Shown: piece after piece, positions 44,883 through 54,528 of the stretch
How positions within the stretch are numbered: the stretch's first letter is position 1
How the letters are laid out: each line of letters begins with the position of its first letter
Source: Candidatus Omnitrophota bacterium
GTDB taxonomy: Bacteria; Omnitrophota; Gorgyraeia; Zapsychrales; Fredricksoniimonadaceae
Assembly (NCBI GenBank): GCA_030650275.1
Contig: JAUSEK010000023.1
Span: 107,581-171,580 of the forward strand
Length of the DNA: 64,000 bases
Direction: 5' to 3'
Program-made: the position numbers and the translations under genes
Notes under the pieces: generated by a model
Seen by the model: the letters and a program-made list of their open reading frames with translations, nothing else
The model's database searches: none
What the model was told of the DNA's origin: nothing

Positions 44883-45455
44883 ATGCGGCTCATCGTCGGC
44901 CTCGGCAACCCGGAACCCCGTTACGTCCATACGCGGCACAATTTGGGATTTTTGTGCGTCCAGGCCCTGGCCGAAGGGCAGGGCGGTCGCTGGCGCAAGG
45001 CCTCTTTTGCGCAGGCCCTGACCAGCCGTATCGTGCTCGACGGTATTGAATGTTCTTTGATCTTGCCGCTGACCTACATGAACAATTCAGGGGTAGCGGT
45101 CAAACAGGCGGCCGCCAAAAGCGGCGTTGAACCCGGCGACATCATCGTCGTGTATGACGACATGGATCTGGATTTCGGGGACATGCGTTTGCGCGCCGCG
45201 GGAAGCGCCGGCGGACATAACGGGATCAAATCCGTTATTGAACATCTGGGGTCCAAAGATTTTGCCCGCCTGCGTTTGGGCGTGGGCAACCCTAAGCCCG
45301 GCGTCGATCCCGCGGACCATGTGCTGTCAGATCTCACTCCGGCTGAGTTAAAAAAACTCCCGGACCTTATCAACAATGCCCTTTCCTGCCTTCACATCTG
45401 GGGGACCGAAGGGGTCGAAAAAGCCATGAATGAGTTCAACAAAAGGAAGGTTTAA
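44883..45455 (+). CDS. pth: Peptidyl-tRNA hydrolase
   Basis: It has the motif MRLIVGLGNPEP.Y..TRHN.GF. Confidence 0.9.
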   Translation: MRLIVGLGNPEPRYVHTRHNLGFLCVQALAEGQGGRWRKASFAQALTSRIVLDGIECSLILPLTYMNNSGVAVKQAAAKSGVEPGDIIVVYDDMDLDFGDMRLRAAGSAGGHNGIKSVIEHLGSKDFARLRLGVGNPKPGVDPADHVLSDLTPAELKKLPDLINNALSCLHIWGTEGVEKAMNEFNKRKV

Positions 45456-45754
45456 TGAATAAGTACGAATTGGTTTACATCGTGGACGCCCACGCGCCGC
45501 AGGCCGCCAGGGACGAGATCAGCAAACAGGTCACTGAGGCGGCTTCAAAATCCGACGTGAAGGTCATCAATTCCCAGGTCTGGCTGGAACGCCACCGGAT
45601 GAGTTTTCCCATCAAAAAAGTGTGGGAAGGGACGTATTACCTTTTGAACATCGAGGCCCCGATGGCCGCCGTCAACAAGATGCAGGCGTTCTTGCGGCTC
45701 AATGAGCAGATCTTGCGTTTCCTGGCCATCCGCCAGGAGAACAAAAGCGCGTAA
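45455..45754 (+). CDS. rpsF: 30S ribosomal protein S6
   Basis: It has the S6 fold motif YE.VYIV, is 99 aa, and sits in the conserved rpsF-ssb-rpsR-rplI order. Confidence 0.85.
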   Translation: MNKYELVYIVDAHAPQAARDEISKQVTEAASKSDVKVINSQVWLERHRMSFPIKKVWEGTYYLLNIEAPMAAVNKMQAFLRLNEQILRFLAIRQENKSA

Positions 45755-45774
45755 CATATAACGAAAGGCTGTCT

Positions 45775-46239
45775 ATGGCGAGTTTGAACAAAGTCCTTCT
45801 GATAGGCAATCTCACGAAAGACCCGGAATTGCGCTACACCCCCAACGGCACGGCCGTGACCAATCTGCGTTTGGCCGTTAACCGCAAGTTCAAGGACCGC
45901 ACCGGCGAACTGAAAGAAGACACGTGTTTTATCACGGTGACCGCCTGGGACAAACAGGCTGAGATCTGCAATCAGTATCTGCAGAAGGGCCGGGCGGTTT
46001 TTGTCGAGGGCATTTTGCAGTCCCGCTCCTGGGAGACCAGTGACAAGCAAAAGCGCAGCACCATTGACGTGCGCGCGGAGCGCATCCAGTTTTTAAGCGG
46101 CGCGCCCAAGTCGGCGGAAGGGGCCGCTGTCCCGCCTATCGGCGGGACCGGCGGGGTCAACCCCGCGATCGGCGGGGCTAAAGACACCAATGAACAGGAC
46201 GAGGTCATCTCGCCTGAAGATATCGCATGGGAGGAATGA
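45775..46239 (+). CDS. ssb: Single-stranded DNA-binding protein
   Basis: It has an OB-fold with [19 protein letters not shown], a Gly-rich linker and an acidic tail. Confidence 0.9.
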   Translation: MASLNKVLLIGNLTKDPELRYTPNGTAVTNLRLAVNRKFKDRTGELKEDTCFITVTAWDKQAEICNQYLQKGRAVFVEGILQSRSWETSDKQKRSTIDVRAERIQFLSGAPKSAEGAAVPPIGGTGGVNPAIGGAKDTNEQDEVISPEDIAWEE

Positions 46240-46244
46240 TCATC

Positions 46245-46547
46245 ATGGAAAACAGAAGGTTCGGTGGTAAGAAATTATCCAGGGAAGACCGCAATAAGAA
46301 GAAGTTCCGCCGGGACGGGGACGGTCCCCGGCGCATGGGAAGGATCCAGCGTTTCACCATCCCCAAGGGCACGGACATCAATTATAAGAACATCGCATTT
46401 TTGCAGAAATGTCTGACCGAGCGCGGCAAGATCCTTTCGCGCCGGCTCACCAGCGCCGACGCCGGCCAGCAGCGGCTTTTGAGCACGGCGGTCAAGCGCG
46501 CCCGCCTTCTGGGGCTTTTACCCGTCGGATCGACAAAAAGAAAGTGA
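46245..46547 (+). CDS. rpsR: 30S ribosomal protein S18
   Basis: It has the motif ...[25 protein letters not shown]...[10 protein letters not shown]. Confidence 0.85.
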   Translation: MENRRFGGKKLSREDRNKKKFRRDGDGPRRMGRIQRFTIPKGTDINYKNIAFLQKCLTERGKILSRRLTSADAGQQRLLSTAVKRARLLGLLPVGSTKRK

Positions 46548-46552
46548 AACCA

Positions 46553-46996
46553 ATGAATATCATATTGACGCAGGACATGAAAGATCTGGGGCATATCGGC
46601 GACGTCGTCAGGGTCAAGGACGGCTACGCCCGCAATTATTTATTGCCCCGCCAGATGGCCATGGCGGCGACCGCCTCCAACATCAAACGCATGGAAAAAG
46701 AAAAAGCCGGCCGTCAGGCCGTTTATGAACAGCAGAAAGTCCAGGCCCAGGCCAAAGCCGCCGTAGTCGCCAAGATCTCTTTGACCGTTGCCGTCGAGGT
46801 CAATGACCAGGAAAAAATGTACGGCGCCGTGCCGGAAACAGAGATCCTCAAGGCCCTGGCAGCGGAAGGCCAGAAGGTGGACAAGAAAGACCTTGTCATC
46901 GAAAAGCCCGTTGAAGAATTAGGTATCTTTGAGATCGGCGTGAAACTCCACCCGGAAGTGATCGCGAAAGTCCGTTTATGGGTAACGAAGAAATAA
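46553..46996 (+). CDS. rplI: 50S ribosomal protein L9
   Basis: Its N-terminus is MNIILTQDMKDLGHIGDVVRVKDGYARNYLLPR. Confidence 0.85.
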   Translation: MNIILTQDMKDLGHIGDVVRVKDGYARNYLLPRQMAMAATASNIKRMEKEKAGRQAVYEQQKVQAQAKAAVVAKISLTVAVEVNDQEKMYGAVPETEILKALAAEGQKVDKKDLVIEKPVEELGIFEIGVKLHPEVIAKVRLWVTKK

Positions 46997-48315
46997 GGGT
47001 CCCCCCGCAGAACATCGACGCTGAAAAAGCCCTGCTGGGGGCCATGATGATCGATGAAGAAGCGATCGGGACCGCCATCGAGCATCTCGACAGCTTTTAT
47101 TTTTATGAGACCCGCCACCAGAAGGTCTTTGACGCGGTGCGCGACCTGTACGCCCAGCGCAAGAACGTGGACATCATCACGCTCTCCGATTTTCTCACCG
47201 GCAAGGGGATCCTGGAAGCCGTCGGGGGCCTCTCCTATCTGACCGAACTGGCGGATTTCGTGCCCACCTCCGCCAATGCCCGTTATTACGTGGACATTGT
47301 CAAGGAAAAGGGCATCCAGCGGCGGCTCATCAAGAATTCCACCGAGATCATTTCCAAAAGTTACGGCACCGACGTCAATGTGGACGAATTGGTGGATGCC
47401 GCGGAACAGCTCATCTTCGAGATCGCCACCGCCAAGCAAAGACAGCAGGCGGTCCACGTCAAAGACATCATCAAGACCGCCATTGAGACCATTGACCAGC
47501 TCTACCAGCACAAACAGGCCATCACCGGGGTGGCCACCGGATTCATTGATTTTGACCGCATGACCTCTGGTTTGCAGAAATCCGACCTCATCATCATCGC
47601 CGGCCGTCCATCCATGGGAAAAAGCGCCCTGGCGGGTTCCATCTGCGAGTATGCCGCCATTCACGGCAACGTTCCGGTCGCGATCTTTTCTTTGGAAATG
47701 TCCAAGGAACAGCTGGTCCAGCGCATGCTGTGTTCCCAGGCGCAGGTGGACGCGCACAAGGTGCGCACGGGGTTTTTGTCCCCGTCGGAATGGCCGCTGT
47801 TGACCAAGGCCGCGGGCAAACTGTCCAACGTCCCCATTTTTATTGATGATACCCCGGCGATCTCGGCTTTGGAATTGCGGGCCAAGGCCAGGCGGCTGAA
47901 GACCTCCCATAATATCGGGCTCATTGTCGTGGACTATCTGCAATTGATGGAGGCCTCGGCCAGGACCGAAAGCCGCCAGCAGGAAATTTCAGAGATCTCC
48001 CGGTCGCTCAAGGCGCTGGCCCGTGAATTGAACACGCCCTTGATCGCCATCAGCCAGTTGTCGCGCGCGGTGGAAAGCCGGCAGGACCACAGGCCCCAGC
48101 TGTCGGACCTGCGCGAATCCGGGGCCATTGAGCAGGACGCGGACGTGGTGGTGCTCCTCATGCGGGAGGAACAATATAACCCCACCCCGGAAAATCAGGG
48201 CATCGCGGAAGCCATCATCGCCAAACAGCGCAACGGCCCGACAGGGTCCCTCAAGTTGAAATTTTTCAAGGAATTCGTTAAATTTGCCAATTTGGAAACC
48301 GTCCACCATCAATAA
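46978..48315 (+). CDS. dnaB: Replicative DNA helicase DnaB (no intein)
   Basis: It starts with the N-terminal PPQNIDAEKALLG motif and has Walker A GRPSMGKSA plus the H1–H4 motifs. It is 445 aa. Confidence 0.95.
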   Translation: MGNEEIRVPPQNIDAEKALLGAMMIDEEAIGTAIEHLDSFYFYETRHQKVFDAVRDLYAQRKNVDIITLSDFLTGKGILEAVGGLSYLTELADFVPTSANARYYVDIVKEKGIQRRLIKNSTEIISKSYGTDVNVDELVDAAEQLIFEIATAKQRQQAVHVKDIIKTAIETIDQLYQHKQAITGVATGFIDFDRMTSGLQKSDLIIIAGRPSMGKSALAGSICEYAAIHGNVPVAIFSLEMSKEQLVQRMLCSQAQVDAHKVRTGFLSPSEWPLLTKAAGKLSNVPIFIDDTPAISALELRAKARRLKTSHNIGLIVVDYLQLMEASARTESRQQEISEISRSLKALARELNTPLIAISQLSRAVESRQDHRPQLSDLRESGAIEQDADVVVLLMREEQYNPTPENQGIAEAIIAKQRNGPTGSLKLKFFKEFVKFANLETVHHQ

Positions 48316-48329
48316 AAACCTTTTGCCCA

Positions 48330-48358
48330 TTGACACGGCCAACCCCAAACTCTATAAT
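48330..48358 (+). promoter_or_regulatory. Exact consensus sigma70 promoter TTGACA-17-TATAAT; the bamA ATG begins 7 nt after the -10 hexamer (leaderless transcript predicted)
   Basis: Read directly from the sequence as cat TTGACA cggccaaccccaaactc TATAAT caaaacc ATG. Confidence 0.55.
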
Positions 48359-48365
48359 CAAAACC

Positions 48366-50711
48366 ATGCGTAAAAAGACCCTTTTTATTTTTGTTTGCGC
48401 CTTCACTTTTTGTTTTTTCGCCGGCGCCAATATCCTTTGGGCCCAAGAAGTTACGGACCAGCAGCAGGCAGCAGCTCCCGCAGCCCCCGTCAAGATCGTC
48501 AAGGCCATTGATATCCGCGGCAACAAGTCCATCGGGATCGCCCAGGTCCTGGCGAAGATCAAAATACGCGTGGGACAGGAATACCTGGAGAACGTGGTCA
48601 GCGATGACCTCAAGCGACTGTATAATACCGGCCATTTCGCCGACGTGCAGATCGAGCATGAGGATCACGAGGGCGGGTATAAAGTCATTGTGCTTTTGAA
48701 AGAAAAGCCCATTGTTGAAGAGATCACCTTTTCCAAATTGCGCCATTTCAATACGCGCCATTTGGAAAGCAAAATGAAGACCAAGAAAGACAGGTTCCTG
48801 GACAATAAGACGGTCAAGGATGATGTCAATACCATTGAGGACCTTTATAAGAAGAAAGGCCTCACCCAGGTCAACGTGGACGTTGAGACATTTGTGGATG
48901 AGACCACCAACAAGGCCAGTTTGCATTTCATCATCCGCGAGGGCTGGCGCGTCAAGATCAAACGCATCGGTGTGTACGGCAACACCGCCTATCCGGACAA
49001 ACGCATCATCAAGGTCATGAAGTCCCGCCCGGCATGGCTGTTCAACTCCGGGTTCCTGAAAGAGGAGGTCTTAGAGGAAGACATGACCCGCATCCAGTCT
49101 TTTTATGAGCAAAACGGTTACATCGACGCCAAGGCCGGCCATAAGATCGAAGGGCTGTATAAGGGCCTGGTCAACGTTGTCATCACCATTGAGGAAGGCA
49201 AGCGTTATTACGTCGGCGATGTGGTCTTCAGCGGTAATGCCGCCGCCTCCGAATACGAGATCAAGAGCAATATCAAGAACATGCGCGAGGGCAATGTGTT
49301 CAGCCGCGAGAAATTGGATGAGGACATCGGCAAGATCCGCGATTCTTATTTTGACCGCGGTTACATTTCCGCCAACGTGCAGGAGTCCACGTCGTTCAAT
49401 ACGGATACGGGCAAGGTGGACATCAGGATGGATATTAAGGAAGGCAATTTAGCGTATATCGACAAGATCAAGATCCAGGGCAACACCCAGACCCGCGACA
49501 TCGTCATCCGCCGGGAACTGCGCATGTATCCCGGCGACCAGTTCGACGGAAAGAAGCTGCGCAAGTCCAAGGACCGCCTCAAAGACCTGGGGTATTTTGA
49601 GGACGTGGGCTACGACATTGAAGACACCGACAAACCGGACCAGAAGGACTTGATCGTGCAGGTCAAGGAAGCCAAGACCGGCAGTTTCTCTTTCGGCGGC
49701 GGTTACAGTACGGTGGACCGGATCGTCGGGTTCATCGAGATCGAGCAGAAGAATTTTGACATTTCCAAATGGCCAACGTTTACCGGCGGCGGCCAGGACC
49801 TGCGCGTGCGCGCGGAAGCTGGCTCCACCCGCCACAACATTGTGTTGAGTTTTACGGAGCCGTGGCTTTTCGATTATCCGGTTTCCGGGGGCTTTGACGT
49901 TTTTGCCACCCAGCAGAAACGCGACAGCACCACCGGTTACGCCTACGATGAAACACGTACCGGCGGCGATCTGCGTTTGGGCAAAAGGTTCGATGATCAT
50001 TTCTCGATCGGGTCGACCTACCGGCTGGAACAGATCAAGATCAATAATTTGGACAGCGGCGTTTCCGCGGACCTGTCTGCCGAAGAGGGTACCAACGTGG
50101 TCAGCGCTCTCGGGTTTTCCACCACCCACGATCACCGCGACAGCACGTTAAGCCCCACGCAAGGATGGGTCATCCAGAACAATGCCGATTTTGCCGGCAG
50201 TTTCCTCGGGGGAGACAAGGATTTCTACCGTTTGCAGACATCGGGCAGTTATTATGTCCCGTTCAAGTTCGATGAATTGATCACGGTCCTGCAGATGAGC
50301 GCCAGGACCGGCCTGGTCAAGCCCTATGGCGATTCGGACAAGGTCCCTATTTTTGAGCGGTATTTCGCCGGCGGCGCGCGTTCCATCCGCGGTTACAATG
50401 AACGCCGGGTGGGGCCTTTGGACCCCGGCAGCAATGATTCCATCGGCGGTGAAGCCATGTTCGTCGGTAATGTCGAATACACGGTGCCCATTGTCGAGAT
50501 CCTCAAGGCCGCGGTATTTTTTGATACCGGTAATGTCTGGAGCGATACGAAGGATTACGGTTCGGGCCTCAAAAGCGGCACCGGCTTAGGGCTGCGGGTC
50601 AAGACCCCCATCGGCCCCATCAACCTGGATTATGGTATTCCTTTGAACGATGAGCCCGGCGAAAGCAAGAGAAGCGGCAAGTTCTATTTCAGCGTCAGCC
50701 GTGGTTTTTAA
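48366..50711 (+). CDS. bamA: Outer membrane protein assembly factor BamA
   Basis: A signal peptide is followed by POTRA repeats and a C-terminal Omp85 β-barrel ending ...FYFSVSRGF. Confidence 0.9.
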   Translation: MRKKTLFIFVCAFTFCFFAGANILWAQEVTDQQQAAAPAAPVKIVKAIDIRGNKSIGIAQVLAKIKIRVGQEYLENVVSDDLKRLYNTGHFADVQIEHEDHEGGYKVIVLLKEKPIVEEITFSKLRHFNTRHLESKMKTKKDRFLDNKTVKDDVNTIEDLYKKKGLTQVNVDVETFVDETTNKASLHFIIREGWRVKIKRIGVYGNTAYPDKRIIKVMKSRPAWLFNSGFLKEEVLEEDMTRIQSFYEQNGYIDAKAGHKIEGLYKGLVNVVITIEEGKRYYVGDVVFSGNAAASEYEIKSNIKNMREGNVFSREKLDEDIGKIRDSYFDRGYISANVQESTSFNTDTGKVDIRMDIKEGNLAYIDKIKIQGNTQTRDIVIRRELRMYPGDQFDGKKLRKSKDRLKDLGYFEDVGYDIEDTDKPDQKDLIVQVKEAKTGSFSFGGGYSTVDRIVGFIEIEQKNFDISKWPTFTGGGQDLRVRAEAGSTRHNIVLSFTEPWLFDYPVSGGFDVFATQQKRDSTTGYAYDETRTGGDLRLGKRFDDHFSIGSTYRLEQIKINNLDSGVSADLSAEEGTNVVSALGFSTTHDHRDSTLSPTQGWVIQNNADFAGSFLGGDKDFYRLQTSGSYYVPFKFDELITVLQMSARTGLVKPYGDSDKVPIFERYFAGGARSIRGYNERRVGPLDPGSNDSIGGEAMFVGNVEYTVPIVEILKAAVFFDTGNVWSDTKDYGSGLKSGTGLGLRVKTPIGPINLDYGIPLNDEPGESKRSGKFYFSVSRGF

Positions 50712-50755
50712 CGGGTCGTCCCGCCGCATTTTTTAAACAACAACAGGAGGGGTGT

Positions 50756-51268
50756 ATGAAAGCGGTCAAATGTTTTATTCTAACGGTGGTGTTCGCTCTG
50801 ACAATGGGGCTTTCAGCCCATGCCAAGGAGATGAAATACGCGTTCGTTGATCTAAGCCGCGTCTTCGATAATTATCAGAAGACCAAGGATTCCGACGCTG
50901 TCCTGCAGAAAGACAGCCAGGCATTCCAGAAGGAACGTGACAAGATGGTTGAGAAGGTCCGCGATGCCCAGGGCAAACTGGCCCTTTTGAAAGAATCTGA
51001 AAAGCAGAAAACGCAGGCCGACATCGATAAACAACAGGCCGACCTCATTGAATTCAATAAGCAAAAAATGACGGAATTGGCCAAACAGCGCGATGAGAAA
51101 GTCCGCGAGATCCTGCTGGAGATCGAAAAGAACGTCAGCGCAATGGCCAAGAAGGAAGGCTATGATATGATCTTCAACGACCGCGTTCTGGTCTATGGGG
51201 ACCAGAGCATGAACCTCACCGAGAAGGTCCTGAAAGGCCTTAACGACAGTTATCCCGGAAAGAAATAA
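50756..51268 (+). CDS. skp: Periplasmic chaperone Skp (OmpH)
   Basis: It has a signal peptide and a 170-aa coiled-coil OmpH domain. It sits in the bamA-skp-lpxD context. Confidence 0.8.
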   Translation: MKAVKCFILTVVFALTMGLSAHAKEMKYAFVDLSRVFDNYQKTKDSDAVLQKDSQAFQKERDKMVEKVRDAQGKLALLKESEKQKTQADIDKQQADLIEFNKQKMTELAKQRDEKVREILLEIEKNVSAMAKKEGYDMIFNDRVLVYGDQSMNLTEKVLKGLNDSYPGKK

Positions 51269-51277
51269 CCAAAGCCC

Positions 51278-52312
51278 ATGTCCCATTCCGTTGCCGATAT
51301 CGCGCGTTGGGTCGGCGGCGAGATCACCGGCGATGGGAAAGCCCTGATCACCGGATGCGCCGGCATCGAAGAGGCGCAAAAAAGTGATATCACTTTTTTG
51401 GCCGACCGGAAATACGCGTCTTCGGCCAAGGCCACCCGGGCGGGTGCCATCATTGTTCCCCGGCAGGTTGTTTTGCCGGGGAAAACTTTTATACGGGTGG
51501 ATAACCCGTCGCTGGCTTTCATTGAAGTGATGCGCCGGCTTTTGCCAGATCCTTCCCGCCATTTTCCTAAAGGCATACATCCAACGGCCGTCGTCGCCAA
51601 AGATGCTGTATTGGGCAAAGGCGTCGCCCTCGGCCCTTATACGGTCGTGGAAAGCGGCGCGTCTTTGGGTGAAGGGACGGTCGTGCACGGCCATTGTTAT
51701 GTCGGGCCCGGGACTTCCGTCGGGAAAAATTGCCTTTTGTATCCCGGGGTCATCCTGCGCGAGCATATCACGGTCGGTGCCCGGGTCATCATCCAGCCCG
51801 GGGCTGTCATCGGTTCCGACGGGTATGGCTTTGTGACTGTGGAGGGCAAACACGTCAAATTGCCGCAGGTGGGCACGGTTGTCATCGGGGATGATGTCGA
51901 GATCGGCTCCAACGTCACCATTGACCGCGCGCGTTTTGACAAGACCGTCATCGGTGAGGGGACCAAGATCGACAATCTTGTCCAGATCGCGCACAACGTC
52001 ATCATCGGCAAACATTGTTTGATCGTGGCCCAGGCCGGTGTTTCGGGCAGCACGCGCATCGGCGATCATGTCATTTTGGCGGGCCAGGCCGGTATCGTCG
52101 GGCATTTGACCATCGGCGACGGCGCCGTTGTCACGGCCCAGTCCGGGGTCAGCAAGGACATCAAGGCGGGCGAACAGGTGTTCGGGTCGCCGGCGCAGCC
52201 CATCAAAGACGCGTTTCGGGCCCGTGCCCATATCCAGCGGCTGGACCATTATGCGAAGACCATTAAAGACCTGAAGAAAAGGATCGAGGACCTGGAAAAG
52301 AAGGTCCGTTGA
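51278..52312 (+). CDS. lpxD: UDP-3-O-acylglucosamine N-acyltransferase
   Basis: It has an N-terminal LpxD domain and hexapeptide repeats. Confidence 0.9.
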   Translation: MSHSVADIARWVGGEITGDGKALITGCAGIEEAQKSDITFLADRKYASSAKATRAGAIIVPRQVVLPGKTFIRVDNPSLAFIEVMRRLLPDPSRHFPKGIHPTAVVAKDAVLGKGVALGPYTVVESGASLGEGTVVHGHCYVGPGTSVGKNCLLYPGVILREHITVGARVIIQPGAVIGSDGYGFVTVEGKHVKLPQVGTVVIGDDVEIGSNVTIDRARFDKTVIGEGTKIDNLVQIAHNVIIGKHCLIVAQAGVSGSTRIGDHVILAGQAGIVGHLTIGDGAVVTAQSGVSKDIKAGEQVFGSPAQPIKDAFRARAHIQRLDHYAKTIKDLKKRIEDLEKKVR

Positions 52313-52313
52313 T

Positions 52314-53645
52314 ATGAACCAACACACCATCCAATCACCGGTCACCTTGTCCGGCACGGGGTTGCATACGGGGCAGAAGGTGACGTGCACCTTAAAACCC
52401 GCCGTGGCCGGGGAAGGCGTGCGTTTCGTGCGCATTGACCTGCCCGGGCAGCCGGTCATCAAGGTTTGTCCGTCATCGGCTGTCATGGACGCCGGGGTCA
52501 CGCGCTGCACCATTGTGCAGGCCGACAGTGCCAGGGTATCGACCGTTGAACATTTATTGGCCGCTTTGGGCGGGCTGTCCGTGGACAATGTCACCATCGC
52601 GATCGACGGGCCCGAAGTGCCGGGTCTGGACGGCAGCAGTCTGGATTTCGCGGCGGCCATTAAGAAGGCGGGGATCGTTGAACTGAAAAGCGCCCCCCAA
52701 GATATTTTTGAGATCAGGGAACCGATCATCGTCACCCATAAGAACGCGTTTTTGGCCATCGTGCCCGCGCCGGAATTCAGCGTATCCTATACGCTGGATT
52801 ACGACCACCCGGCTTTGCGTTCCCAGTTTTTCACCTTGTCCGTTGATCCCAAGACCTTTGAACGCGCATTGGCAGGTGCCCGCACATTTTGTCTGCAAGA
52901 GGAAGCGCAAGAGATCCGGGCCAAGGGGCTGGGCAAAGGCGCCGACCGCCACAATACCCTGGTCATGGGCAGGGACGGACCCCTGGACAATTCATTGCGT
53001 TTTCCCGACGAGTGCGCCCGGCACAAGGTTTTGGATATTGTCGGGGACCTGTTTTTGCTGGGATACGGCGTGCGCGGGGCCGTGGTCGCGACCAAGAGCG
53101 GCCATGCCTTGAACCGCGAACTCGTCAAAAAGATCGACGCCCAGCGCAAGAAATATGCCGCGACCGCTTTTGTTCCCGCCTCTCTGCCGTCGGGCGGGCG
53201 TGTTTTTACCATTGACCAGATCCAGAAGATCCTGCCGCACCGTTACCCGTTCTTGCTGGTGGACCGCGTCATTGAGGTCGAACAGGGCAAGCGCGGGATA
53301 GGCGTCAAGAACGTCACCATCAACGACGGGTTCTTCCAGGGGCATTTTCCGGCCAAGCCGGTGATGCCGGGCGTTTTGATGGTGGAAGCCATGGCGCAGA
53401 CCGCCGGGGTCGTGGTTTTGACAAGTGGGCTGCACAGTGGTAAAGTAGCGCTATTCATGGCCATTGAAGCGGTCAAGTTCCGCAAGGTGGTTTCTCCGGG
53501 CGACCAGCTGCTGATGGAAGTTGAGATCATCCGCGACCGCGACCGCACCGCGAGCGTCAAGGGCACGGGCAGGGTGGACGGGGAGATCGTTGTTGAGGCC
53601 GAAATGCTTTTTTCGTACACGGACGCGTCCTACCTTTACGCGTGA
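52314..53645 (+). CDS. lpxC-fabZ: Fused UDP-3-O-acyl-GlcNAc deacetylase / 3-hydroxyacyl-ACP dehydratase
   Basis: The N-terminal ~280 aa are LpxC (TLSGTGLHTG..., HKVLD..GDL) and the C-terminal ~145 aa are the FabZ hot-dog domain (LPHRYPFLLVDRV...GHFP..PVMPGVL). Confidence 0.85.
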   Translation: MNQHTIQSPVTLSGTGLHTGQKVTCTLKPAVAGEGVRFVRIDLPGQPVIKVCPSSAVMDAGVTRCTIVQADSARVSTVEHLLAALGGLSVDNVTIAIDGPEVPGLDGSSLDFAAAIKKAGIVELKSAPQDIFEIREPIIVTHKNAFLAIVPAPEFSVSYTLDYDHPALRSQFFTLSVDPKTFERALAGARTFCLQEEAQEIRAKGLGKGADRHNTLVMGRDGPLDNSLRFPDECARHKVLDIVGDLFLLGYGVRGAVVATKSGHALNRELVKKIDAQRKKYAATAFVPASLPSGGRVFTIDQIQKILPHRYPFLLVDRVIEVEQGKRGIGVKNVTINDGFFQGHFPAKPVMPGVLMVEAMAQTAGVVVLTSGLHSGKVALFMAIEAVKFRKVVSPGDQLLMEVEIIRDRDRTASVKGTGRVDGEIVVEAEMLFSYTDASYLYA

Positions 53646-53650
53646 TCGTT

Positions 53651-54427
53651 ATGTCTTTCATTCATCCAACCGCCATCATTGCTTCTGAGGCCCGTCTGGG
53701 CAAGGACGTGAGCGTCGGGCCTTATACGGTCATTGAAGGCCCTGTCACCATCGGGGATGGGACCGTCATCGGCGCCCATTGCGTTGTCGAAGGTCACACG
53801 ACCTTAGGGGAAAAATGCGAGCTGTATACGGCCGCGGTCATCGGCAGCCGTCCGCAGGACAAAAAACACAACAGCAAAGACCAGGTGACCCTTAAGATCG
53901 GCAACAATAACATTTTTCGTGAATACGTCACCGCCAATCCCGGCACCGTCGAGGGCGGGGGCACGACGTCCATCGGCAATAACAATTTATTCATGGCCTG
54001 TTCCCACGTGGCCCATGACTGCCATATCGGCGATGACTGTGTCCTGGCCAATTATGTCGGCCTCTCCGGCCATGTGACCATTGAGGACCGCGCGCTCATC
54101 GGCGGCCTTTCCGGCGTGCATCAATTCGCCCGCGTCGGTTACATGTCCATCATCGGGGGGTGCTCCAAGGTGAACCAGGACGTGCCGCCTTATTCCATGG
54201 TGGACGGCAATCCCGCGACCTTAAGGGGTTTGAACGCCATCGGGATCAAGCGCGCCGGCATCCCTTCGGATACGGCTTTGGCTTTGCGCCGGGCTTTTAA
54301 AATTCTTTTTAATTCAGGGCTGGCCAGGGGCAATGCCCTCACACAGGTTGAACAACAGATGGGGAGCATTCCGGAAATTCAACGTTTGCTGGAATTCATT
54401 AAAAATTCTAAACGCGGGATCTCATGA
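53651..54427 (+). CDS. lpxA: Acyl-ACP–UDP-GlcNAc O-acyltransferase
   Basis: IHPTAII is followed by hexapeptide repeats and the LpxA C-terminal helical domain. Confidence 0.9.
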   Translation: MSFIHPTAIIASEARLGKDVSVGPYTVIEGPVTIGDGTVIGAHCVVEGHTTLGEKCELYTAAVIGSRPQDKKHNSKDQVTLKIGNNNIFREYVTANPGTVEGGGTTSIGNNNLFMACSHVAHDCHIGDDCVLANYVGLSGHVTIEDRALIGGLSGVHQFARVGYMSIIGGCSKVNQDVPPYSMVDGNPATLRGLNAIGIKRAGIPSDTALALRRAFKILFNSGLARGNALTQVEQQMGSIPEIQRLLEFIKNSKRGIS

Positions 54428-54468
54428 AAACCATAGGATTGATCGCGGGGCGCTGGTCGGCCGAATAA
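54424..54468 (+). other. 14-codon upstream ORF MKTIGLIAGRWSAE that mimics the LpxI N-terminus, with its stop codon inside a perfect hairpin
   Basis: Its ATG overlaps the lpxA stop (ATGA) and it is in frame with lpxI. The hairpin GGTCGGCC-GAATAA-GGCCGACC lies at 54454-54475. Confidence 0.25.
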
Positions 54469-54528
54469 GGCCGACCGTTTAGCGCGCCGGCGAGACAGTG
54501 AGCCGGCCGGGCAGCACAAGGAGGCGGC

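Noticed and set aside
46723-47943. 406-aa minus-strand ORF
   Set aside because: It is antisense to rplI and dnaB.
50852-52759. 635-aa minus-strand ORF
   Set aside because: It is antisense to skp, lpxD and lpxC–fabZ, all with strong family motifs, and has no motifs of its own.
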